DNA from: Alistipes sp.
GTDB lineage: Bacteria > Bacteroidota > Bacteroidia > Bacteroidales > Rikenellaceae
Direction: 5' to 3'
NCBI GenBank assembly: GCA_048465795.1
Contig: DBFWKV010000033.1
Span: 598-64,597, forward strand
Length of the DNA: 64,000 nt
The notes beneath the pieces were generated by a model. The model made no database searches. It was not told the origin of the DNA and saw nothing but the letters and a program-made list of their open reading frames with translations. Below are positions 10,127-17,802 of this stretch, in pieces (the stretch's first letter is position 1; the number at the start of each line of letters is the position of its first letter). Both the position numbers and the translations under genes were made by a program.

Positions 10127-11467
10127 ATGAACCGGATTCTGATCGTCGACGATGACACCACCTTTGCCCTGATGCTCCGCACGTGGCTCTCGAAAAAGGG
10201 CTTCTCGGTGGAGACGGCAGGCAGTGTCGGAGCGGCCGAAAAGGCGCTTGCGGCGGGGTCTTACGATCTCGTGCTGACCGATATGCGCCTGCCGGACGAG
10301 GACGGAACCGTGCTGCTCCAGCGCATTGCCGGCCGGGGTCGGGAGCTGCCGGTGATCGTCATGACGGGCTATGCCGACATCCGCAACGCCGTCGAGAGCA
10401 TGAAGCTCGGAGCACGGGATTATGTGGCCAAACCGGTGAACCCGGAGGAGCTGCTCCGGAAAATCCGGGAGGCACTCGACAATCCGGCACCGGATGCGGT
10501 TTCGGCGGCGTTCCCCGCTCCGAAAAACGCACCGCCGGATGGCCCGGCGCCGCTCGATTACCTTGAGGGGCGCAGCGACCCCGCGCGCAAACTCTACGAA
10601 CACATCCGCCTGGTGGCTCCCACGAACATGTCGGTGCTGATCCACGGCGCGAGCGGCACGGGCAAGGAGCATGTGGCCCAGCTGATCCACCGGGGCAGCA
10701 AACGGGCCGCGAACCCCTTCGTCGCACTCGACTGCGGGGCGATCCCGCGCGAGCTGGCCGCCTCGGAGCTTTTCGGCCACGTCAAAGGCTCGTTCACGGG
10801 GGCGGTGACCGACAAAACGGGCGCGTTCGAAGCCGCGAACGGCGGCACGCTCTTTCTGGACGAGGTGGGCAACCTCAATTACGAGACCCAGGTCCAGCTG
10901 CTGCGCGCCCTGCAGGAGCACCGGATCAAACCCGTGGGCAGCAACCGGGAGGTTGCGGTCGACATCCGCGTGGTGGCGGCGACGAACGAAAACCTTGAAG
11001 CGGCGATCGGGCGAGGTGCCTTCCGCGCCGACCTCTTCCACCGGCTCAACCAGTTCACGCTCCGAATGCCTGCCCTGCGCGAGATGCGCGGGGACATTCC
11101 CCTCTACGCCGACTTCTTTCTCGACCAGGCCAACCGCGAGCTGGGGAAACAACTCGTCGGCTTCGACGCCGATGCAGCGGCCCTCCTGGCCCGCTGCGAC
11201 TGGCCCGGCAACCTGCGGCAGTTGAAAAACACGGTGATGTACGCCACGCTGCTCGCCGAAGGGGAGTTCATCACCCGCCGGGAACTGCCACCGGAAATCT
11301 GCGACGAGCCTGCCGCGCAGCCCCTCCTGCGCGATCCCGCCGACGAGGAGGCCCGCATCCGCCGCGCGCTCACCCAGGCCTGCGGCAACAAGTCGCAGGC
11401 GGCCAAACTGCTGGGCGTCGACCGCAAGACGCTCTACAACAAACTGCGGCTCTACGGCATCGAATAG
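10127..11467 (+). CDS. Sigma54-dependent NtrC-family response regulator
   Basis: Receiver ILIVDDD/TDMRLP, GASGTGKE, GSFTGA (GAFTGA variant), LFLDEV, WPGNLRQL, Fis-type HTH. Confidence 0.95.
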   Translation: MNRILIVDDDTTFALMLRTWLSKKGFSVETAGSVGAAEKALAAGSYDLVLTDMRLPDEDGTVLLQRIAGRGRELPVIVMTGYADIRNAVESMKLGARDYVAKPVNPEELLRKIREALDNPAPDAVSAAFPAPKNAPPDGPAPLDYLEGRSDPARKLYEHIRLVAPTNMSVLIHGASGTGKEHVAQLIHRGSKRAANPFVALDCGAIPRELAASELFGHVKGSFTGAVTDKTGAFEAANGGTLFLDEVGNLNYETQVQLLRALQEHRIKPVGSNREVAVDIRVVAATNENLEAAIGRGAFRADLFHRLNQFTLRMPALREMRGDIPLYADFFLDQANRELGKQLVGFDADAAALLARCDWPGNLRQLKNTVMYATLLAEGEFITRRELPPEICDEPAAQPLLRDPADEEARIRRALTQACGNKSQAAKLLGVDRKTLYNKLRLYGIE

Positions 11468-11476
11468 CCGGCAGCA

Positions 11477-11607
11477 GTGTGGAAAAATTCCCCACTCCAC
11501 ACTCCGGTTCCACACTTTTCCACAACTTCCATATTTTCGGCATGTCCGTCAAATATCTGTCCGACAGATATTTGGCGCTGATATCCCTTTTCTGGCATCC
11601 TGCTTGA
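11477..11607 (+). promoter_or_regulatory. Putative sigma54 -24/-12 promoter with an upstream activator site
   Basis: TGGCATCCTGCTTGA at 11593-11607 (GG-N10-GA); GTGTGGAA-AAA-TTCCCCAC palindrome and TCCACA repeats at 11477-11525. Confidence 0.55.
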
Positions 11608-11690
11608 ACTTCTTTGTGGCAAAAGCGGCGTACACGACACGCCGCACACGAAAAACGAATAAGAAGTTTAACCTCTAAAATTTACGAGTG

Positions 11691-11915
11691 ATGAAAAAGT
11701 CAGTAGTAGCATTTGCCGCTGTTTTGATGATGATGGGCGCTTCGTTCGCCTTCGCACAGCAGCCCGAGGGCGAAGCCCCCGCAACCACCGAACAGCCCGC
11801 GCCGACCCCCGCCTCCGATGAGAAGTCGGGCGACGAGGCTCAGGCAGACCAGAAGACGGACGCTCAGGCTCCGGCCGAAAAGAGCGGCGCCGACACCGCC
11901 GAATCGAACGGGTAG
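11691..11915 (+). CDS. Small secreted acidic low-complexity protein (paralog 1)
   Basis: Signal peptide MKKSVVAFAAVLMMMGASFAFA-QQPE; alternative GTG start at 11688. Confidence 0.8.
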   Translation: MKKSVVAFAAVLMMMGASFAFAQQPEGEAPATTEQPAPTPASDEKSGDEAQADQKTDAQAPAEKSGADTAESNG

Positions 11916-11979
11916 CGGGTGCCCGGGAAAGGCCCGAAAAATAAAACAGCGAATCGAAACGTAAAAAACCGAAAAGAGT

Positions 11980-12213
11980 ATGAAAAAGTCAGTAGTAGCA
12001 TTGGCAGCAGTCGTTATGATGGCGGGCGGTACGATCGCCTGCGCCCAGCAGCCCGAATCGAAAGACGCGGCAGCCACCGAGCAGCCTGCACAGGCTCCGG
12101 AATCCTCTTCCGACGAGGCGGTGAAAGAGGACACGAAGGCGGACGATAAGAAGTGTGACGACGGGGCTTCCGCCGAGAAGTGCGGTTCCGCATCGACCGA
12201 AGAGGCCAAATAG
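11980..12213 (+). CDS. Small secreted acidic low-complexity protein (paralog 2)
   Basis: Signal peptide MKKSVVALAAVVMMAGGTIACA-QQPE; first 23 nt identical to paralog 1. Confidence 0.8.
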   Translation: MKKSVVALAAVVMMAGGTIACAQQPESKDAAATEQPAQAPESSSDEAVKEDTKADDKKCDDGASAEKCGSASTEEAK

Positions 12214-12248
12214 GCGCCGAATCATTTAGTTAAACAATTGCTTGCCGG

Positions 12249-12280
12249 GATACCTTGTCGTGAGACAGGGTATCTTTTTT
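12249..12280 (+). terminator. Intrinsic terminator
   Basis: gataccttgtc-gtga-gacagggtatc + T tract. Confidence 0.8.
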
Positions 12281-12360
12281 TAGGGCATGCACTTTTTTGA
12301 GAGGCGGATGCAGTAAAAAGACTACTTTTGCGTTTAATAAGACAACAAAGGAACGAGAAG

Positions 12361-13854
12361 ATGAAAAAAATGTTTCGATTTATTTTGTGTGCGGTGCTGC
12401 TTGCGGGAGCGTGGAGCTGCAGCGACGACGAGGGGGATCAAGGCCCCCTGAGCATCAACGGCGGGGCGGGATTCCTCTCGCTCGACGCCCTGGCCCGCAC
12501 GGGTACGCTCACAGTCCGCGCCGAAGCGCCGTGGAGCGTGGAGCAGGCGGCGGCCGACGACTGGTTTACGCTTTCCGCTACGGAGGGGCCTTCCGGACGC
12601 ACCCAGATCGGGTTGTCGCTCGACGCCAACGGCGGTGCGGCCCGCAGCGCCAGGCTGATCTTCCGCAGCGGGACGACCGAATGCCCGTTCGTCCTCTCGC
12701 AAAGTGCCCGGAAAGCGGGATTCGACGCACCTGACTACTACTTCTACATCACCTTCGGCACCATGCCGACGCTCTACGCCGGACTCCACCTGCTCTCGCA
12801 TGACAAGCCGAGTTACGTCTTCTACGAACGTTCGAAGACCTTCGTGCCGGCCGAATTCCCGGCGCGCGCCCGCGTGACGGTCGCGGCCGATCCGACCGCA
12901 AACGCCACCGATGCCGATGAGCGACGGATGCGCACCGAGATGAAGCGCCGTATCCGGGAGATCAACGCCGCAGACCCCACGGCCGTATTCGGCCTGTATG
13001 TCGATGACCTGCGCTGCCGCATCGGTTACGACTGGTTCGTGGCACAGGGCATCGATTCCGCGCGCGTGAAGGTGAGCATGCTATCCGACGGCACGGCCAC
13101 TTACAACAACTTTGCCGCCTACTTCGGCGATGCGGCCTCCGCCGGGCGCAACTGGGACCGGTATGCCGCCCAGGTGGAAGGCCTCGACTGGAACCACGGC
13201 GGCCGCTATCCCGAGACGCGCTCGATTGCCGAATTCGAGTCCTTCACCTGGCCTTACTATCTCTCGACGCGACCCGATTACCGGCTGGTGATGCAGGACG
13301 GATCGCTGCTCGAATCCTCCGGAGGGTTCATGGACGAAAAGCTCGCCGAGATGAAGATCGAAAGCGTGCAGCCCTATGAAGTGCTCTCGGCATTGCCGCA
13401 GCCCGCGCAGCAGCAGTTCTACCGCATGGCGTCGTTCGACTACGACCGTTTCGCCGGCCTGTTCGACGCTTCGCCCCGGAAAAACCTGATCATCATCGGC
13501 ACCAGCCATAAGAGTTCCGAGAGCGAACAGACACAGCGCCTCTATGTGCAGCGGGTCGTGGAGCAGTACGGGCAGGAGTACGACATCTTCTTCAAACCGC
13601 ATCCGGCCGACAAGTCGTCGGCGGATTACGAGAAGCGTTTCGGGCTGACGCTGCTGCCGGGGCAGATGCCGTTCGAGATTTTCGTCTGGTCGCTCATCGA
13701 CAAGATCGACGTGATCGGCGGCTACCAGTCGACGGTGTTCCTCACGGTGCCTCTGAGCAAGGTGGGCTTTATCTTTGCGCCCGATGCCGCGAGCCTCGTC
13801 CGGCCGCTGAACATCCTGTTCCGCGATGCGACGGATGTCGAGTGGATTCAGTAG
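12361..13854 (+). CDS. Lipoprotein with a BACON domain and a GT-B sialyltransferase-like (GT80/GT52-like) domain
   Basis: Lipobox AWS-C followed by SDDE; BACON-like W..W..G..N..R..Q pattern; LSDGTATY, FFKPHP, MPFEI, IGGYQSTVFL motifs. Confidence 0.7.
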   Translation: MKKMFRFILCAVLLAGAWSCSDDEGDQGPLSINGGAGFLSLDALARTGTLTVRAEAPWSVEQAAADDWFTLSATEGPSGRTQIGLSLDANGGAARSARLIFRSGTTECPFVLSQSARKAGFDAPDYYFYITFGTMPTLYAGLHLLSHDKPSYVFYERSKTFVPAEFPARARVTVAADPTANATDADERRMRTEMKRRIREINAADPTAVFGLYVDDLRCRIGYDWFVAQGIDSARVKVSMLSDGTATYNNFAAYFGDAASAGRNWDRYAAQVEGLDWNHGGRYPETRSIAEFESFTWPYYLSTRPDYRLVMQDGSLLESSGGFMDEKLAEMKIESVQPYEVLSALPQPAQQQFYRMASFDYDRFAGLFDASPRKNLIIIGTSHKSSESEQTQRLYVQRVVEQYGQEYDIFFKPHPADKSSADYEKRFGLTLLPGQMPFEIFVWSLIDKIDVIGGYQSTVFLTVPLSKVGFIFAPDAASLVRPLNILFRDATDVEWIQ

Positions 13855-14182
13855 AAAAGTGAAAAGTGAAAAATGAGAAGTGAGAAGTGAAAGGTGAAAG
13901 TCTTCGATCCCTGAGCCTGTCGAAGGGTCGCAAAGTGGGAAGTGAAAGGTGAAAGGTGAAAAGGGAAAAGGGAAAAGGGAAAAGGGAAAAGAGAAAAGGG
14001 AAAGTTTTCGATCCCTGAGCCTGTCGAAGGGTCGCAAAGTGAAAGGTGAAAAGTGAGATTTTTCGATCCTCGAGCTTGATGAGAGGTCGCAAAAATTCCT
14101 CCTCGTCGTCTCGGGCCGAGTACAGAAATCAGCCTTTGCTCGATGCTGTGCGACATCACGACCCTTCGGCAAGCTCAGGGAC
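13855..14182. repeat. REP-like palindromes interleaved with heptamer tracts
   Basis: ttcgatccctgagcctgtcgaagggtcgcaaagtg exact at 13903 and 14007, a degenerate copy at about 14064, an inverted copy at about 14159; GAAAAGT/GAAAAGG/GAAAGGT tracts between them. Confidence 0.85.
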
Positions 14183-14656
14183 CACTGCACTCGATGATCG
14201 GGAAAATATTCTTGCGTCCGACGACCGCAGGGTATGTGAAAGAATGCGCTTTTCGGATCGGATAAGGCGGAAAAAGGGGAGCAGGCGCCCGTAAGGATAA
14301 AAGTGACTATGAAGAATTTCGGCGTTCCCGCTCCCCGGCTGCTCCGGCTTTCACAAGAGGGAGCAGGTTGTTCGTGATTTACTTTTTCATTATGAAAAGA
14401 CAGGTTGCGGCCGTTTGCCGCCGGCCGCGACGGTTTTGCGGAAAGGATGCCGCACGGGGCATGTTGCATGTTATTCAGTGTAAATTGCCAAAGTTTTCGA
14501 ACCAAACAACCGCCCGTACGGCATCCTTAACTTTGTCTTTCATTCCGGTCTGCCCCGAAGGGGGCGGACTTTTCTGTGTTTTAAGCCCTCTTTTTTACCG
14601 TGTCCCGCCCCGGTTTCTTTCGGCGGCGGGGCCGGATGCACTGCAGGTGAGGGTAC

Positions 14657-14890
14657 AAAAAAAGGGCGCAAAGTACAAACCTCCATCCTGTTGGCCTCGC
14701 GAGCCGTTCTCCGGTGGTTTGCCCTTACGCCCAAGCCTGCCTGCGACACAAGGCCGCAGGCACAGCCAGGGTTTCAGACAAATCTTATATACCGAAGATA
14801 AACCTGTTATAATATATAACAGTCGCGAGTTTACAGGATGGTATAAAGGTTGTCTTAACCTCTGTAATAGGTTTTGAATTATGTTGCGTC
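14657..14890 (-). ncRNA. Candidate structured RNA divergent from the XRE gene
   Basis: TAACTTTG at 14897-14904 (-); long stem 14671-14707 vs 14818-14856; U7 at 14657-14663. Confidence 0.45.
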
Positions 14891-15016
14891 CGATTGCAAA
14901 GTTAGCATAATTTCTGCATTTCAAATAAAAGCTTTCATCGGCAAAGATAAAAAAAATAATTGATTATTGGGAGTAGTCCCAAACAAAAAATCTTGCGGGG
15001 CTATTTTTTTTGTAAT

Positions 15017-15271
15017 GTGAAAAATGAAAAGCCTAAAAAGCAACGACGTGACGATACGCTTTATGGTATGATTGTAAAACGGATGATAGAAATCCGAAAC
15101 AGTTATGGCCACACGCAGGAATATGTCGCGCATAATACAGGCTTAGATATTCCTCATTACGAAACAGGTCGGGATTTTCCGACAATGACTTCGATCTCGA
15201 TTTTTTGTGATTTCTACAATATTACACTCGGGGAATTCTTCACACCTTTGAATTATCCTGCTAAAGAATAA
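15017..15271 (+). CDS. XRE-family helix-turn-helix regulator
   Basis: IRNSYGHTQEYVA...HYETGRDFPT...YNITLGEFF pattern; AT-rich; GTG start inferred. Confidence 0.8.
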   Translation: MKNEKPKKQRRDDTLYGMIVKRMIEIRNSYGHTQEYVAHNTGLDIPHYETGRDFPTMTSISIFCDFYNITLGEFFTPLNYPAKE

Positions 15272-15499
15272 AACGGTCTTTGCCGGGAAACAAGAGGCGG
15301 AAAGTTTGTTTCCGCTTTTTTTATTTGTTTGCGCATGTTCCCTATGCGGGTTTCCGCTCTCTTCGAAGGTTGTCTTTTGCCGCTTTTGGCGGCGTAGAAA
15401 TAAACAACAAGCCACCTTAGGCGGATTACTTCTGAATTCGCATCTTCAGTTGGAGCGGAAAAAGAGCGGACGCGGCGCCGAACGTCCTTGAATTTCCTT

Positions 15500-15633
15500 C
15501 TTCGTTTTCTAAGCTCGGCAAAGCCCGAATAAATTCGGCTCTGCCCTCGCTTATCGAAAACGTCCGTCAGGCTCAGGAACCACCCGGAGCGGGATGGCGT
15601 ATAGTGTAAGTCTAACTCCGTCAGGCTCAGGAA
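15500..15633 (-). repeat. Bulged-hairpin repeat copy plus two tccgtcaggctcaggaa half-REPs
   Basis: ctcggcaaagcccgaataaattcggctctgccctcgcttatcgaaaacgt; 17-mer repeated at 15563 and 15617. Confidence 0.8.
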
Positions 15634-15682
15634 GGCGCTACGCAGCGGGGCCGGACGAGGGAGCAATCGGACGCGCCCGGGA

Positions 15683-16480
15683 TCAGGCGCCCGCCACGCC
15701 GAACCGCCGCAGGGCCAGGAGCACCCCGTCGTCGTCGACGCCCGCCGTTACGTAGTCCGCCGCACGCTTCACCTCGGCGCCCGCGTTGCCCATCGCCACG
15801 CCCACGGCGGCATGGCGCAGCATCGGGATGTCGTTGCCTCCGTCGCCGAAGGCCATCGTCGCGGCCGGCGGAATGCCGTAGTGCGCCAGCAGGTGGTCCA
15901 TGCCCGACTGCTTCGTGTCGCCCCGGAGGTTCACGTCGGCGAAGCCGGGGTTCCAGCGGCTCGACGCGCAAAGAGGCAGCGTTTCGGAGAGAATGCGCCG
16001 CTCCTCGTCCGGCCCGACGTAGAGGCAGAGCTGGAAAATGTCGCGCCGGATGGTGATGCGCGGGTCTTCGACGCGGGGCGGCTCCACGTCGATCTGCCGC
16101 GCCAGAGCCAGCACCCGCTCGTCCCGGTAGTTGACCGTCATCTCGCGGCGGCCCATGAAGGCCACCGGGAAGGGCGACTCGTCAAGCCGGTGCAGCAGGC
16201 ACTCCAGCTCCTGCTTCGGAAGGGGGTTGCAGTAAATTTCCCGCCCGGCGGCGTCCGTGCAGCAGGCTCCGTTGTAGGCGATGTAACCGTCGAAAGGGAT
16301 GTGCGCCACCACGCCGAGCATCGGAAGCATCCGTCCCGTGGCGATGAACGCCCGCACGCCGGCGGCCCGGGCGCGGCGGATGGCCTCCTCGGCCGTTGCG
16401 GGAACCCGGTGCGTGGCGAAGCTCACCAGCGTGCCGTCGATGTCGAAGAAAAGGGCGCGGATGTCGCCGGGCCGTTCCAT
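15683..16480 (-). CDS. Cof-type HAD-IIB hydrolase
   Basis: FFDIDGTL, IATGR, AFGDGGNDIPML, AMGNA; start overlaps the kdsC stop. Confidence 0.92.
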   Translation of the reverse strand: MERPGDIRALFFDIDGTLVSFATHRVPATAEEAIRRARAAGVRAFIATGRMLPMLGVVAHIPFDGYIAYNGACCTDAAGREIYCNPLPKQELECLLHRLDESPFPVAFMGRREMTVNYRDERVLALARQIDVEPPRVEDPRITIRRDIFQLCLYVGPDEERRILSETLPLCASSRWNPGFADVNLRGDTKQSGMDHLLAHYGIPPAATMAFGDGGNDIPMLRHAAVGVAMGNAGAEVKRAADYVTAGVDDDGVLLALRRFGVAGA

Positions 16481-17025
16481 CAGCGCGAGGCAGCGTCCTG
16501 GGCGCTGTTTACGCCCCGCGAATTCAAGGCCCAGTCGCCCCGGGCGCGCAGCACCTGTTCGATGATGTCGCGCACGGCGCCGTGACCGCCCCGGAACTCC
16601 GAGACGTAACGCGACGCTTCGATGACCTCCGAGGCTGCGTCGGCCGGGCAGACGGGGATGCCCACGGCGCGCATGCACTCCAGGTCGGGGATGTCGTCGC
16701 CCATGTAGACGACCGTCGCGGGGTCGAGCCTCTCGCGGGCCATCCACTCGCGCAGCGCCGCGATCTTGTCCATGCAGTTGGTGTACGAGTCGGTCAGCCG
16801 CAGCAGCCTGAGGCGGTTTTCGAGCGTGCGGCCCCAACCCCCCGTGATGATGCAGATGCGGTAGCCCATCCGCAGGGCGTAGGCGATGGCGTAGCCGTCT
16901 TTGGCGTTGTAGCGGCGAATGAAATCGTTGTCGGCGGTGGGGATGATCCCCCCGTCGGTCATGACCCCGTCCACGTCGAACACGAAGGCCGTCGTGCGGG
17001 CTATATCTTCTTTGAAGTTTCCCAT
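16480..17025 (-). CDS. kdsC: 3-deoxy-D-manno-octulosonate 8-phosphate phosphatase-like HAD
   Basis: FDVDGVMTDG, KDGYA, YMGDDIPD, GGHGAVRD. Confidence 0.88.
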   Translation of the reverse strand: MGNFKEDIARTTAFVFDVDGVMTDGGIIPTADNDFIRRYNAKDGYAIAYALRMGYRICIITGGWGRTLENRLRLLRLTDSYTNCMDKIAALREWMARERLDPATVVYMGDDIPDLECMRAVGIPVCPADAASEVIEASRYVSEFRGGHGAVRDIIEQVLRARGDWALNSRGVNSAQDAASR

Positions 17026-17798
17026 ATGTAGTGACTCAGTTTACGATAAATTGCTTCCAAATCGGGTTCTTCGGCCAGCATGGCGCGATGGCGGGCGAGC
17101 GTCGGCGCGTCGCCCCGCACGGCGGGCCCGGTCTGCACGGCGGCGGGCGACGGGGCGTCGGCGGCCTTTGCTGCGGTTTCCAGGATCAGGGGTTTCAGCA
17201 CGTCGAACGGCAGCCCCGCTTCCCGGAGTACCTCCCCGGCCGCCGTGTACATGGCGTTGGCGAAGTTGCAGGCGAAGACCCCTGCGAGATGAATGGCCCG
17301 GCGCTGCGCCGAATCGGCGCGCAGCACGGTGCGGCTCAGGCGGCGGGCGAAGGCTTCCAACTGTCGTGCCGCACGCTCGTCGCTGCCCTCGATAAAGAGC
17401 GGAATGCGCGAGAAGTCGACCGCGCGGCCCCGGGTGAAGGTTTGCAGGGGGTAGAAAACACCCCGGCGGCCGTACTTTGAGGAAATCTCGTCCAGCGGAA
17501 CGCTCCCGGCCGTATGGGCCACGAAGGCGCCGGCGGGAATCGGCAGCGCGGCGGCCACGTCGCCCACGGCGCGGTCGCTCACGGCGATGAGGTAGAGATC
17601 CGCCGGGGCCAGCCGCGCGGCATCGGAGCACCACTCCGTCGCAGCGAGCGCGGCGACGGCGGCACCCCGCTCCGCGTTGCGGGCGAAGAGCTGCCGCAGG
17701 CGCAAATCGGGCGCGGCGGCCACGGCACAGGCGAGGGCTTCGGCGAGGTTGCCGCTGCCGACGACGACGATGTCTTGTAACGGGGTTTCGGTCTCCAT
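17001..17798 (-). CDS. Rossmann-like/DUF2520 oxidoreductase
   Basis: VGSGNLA, HTAGS, FYPLQTF, HLAGVFACNF, QTGPAVRGD. Confidence 0.88.
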   Translation of the reverse strand: METETPLQDIVVVGSGNLAEALACAVAAAPDLRLRQLFARNAERGAAVAALAATEWCSDAARLAPADLYLIAVSDRAVGDVAAALPIPAGAFVAHTAGSVPLDEISSKYGRRGVFYPLQTFTRGRAVDFSRIPLFIEGSDERAARQLEAFARRLSRTVLRADSAQRRAIHLAGVFACNFANAMYTAAGEVLREAGLPFDVLKPLILETAAKAADAPSPAAVQTGPAVRGDAPTLARHRAMLAEEPDLEAIYRKLSHYIWETSKKI

Positions 17799-17802
17799 AA
17801 TT

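Noticed and set aside
12283..12300. Second sigma54 promoter before the BACON lipoprotein gene (GGCATGCACTTTTTTG)
   Set aside because: The -24/-12 spacing is wrong; a TACTTTTG -7 element at 12323-12330 is the better candidate, so co-regulation with the two-component system is unsupported
13903..14089. CRISPR-like 35-bp direct repeats
   Set aside because: Only two exact copies; the spacers are heptamer microsatellite of unequal length; no cas genes in the window
13081..14505. 474-aa minus-strand ORF
   Set aside because: Runs antisense to the lipoprotein gene and through microsatellite and REP repeats, giving an F/S/H/L-rich artefact
16480..17025. Functional link between kdsC and the sialyltransferase-like gene
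   Set aside because: kdsC sits in a separate, oppositely oriented overlapping-gene operon; proximity alone is not evidence
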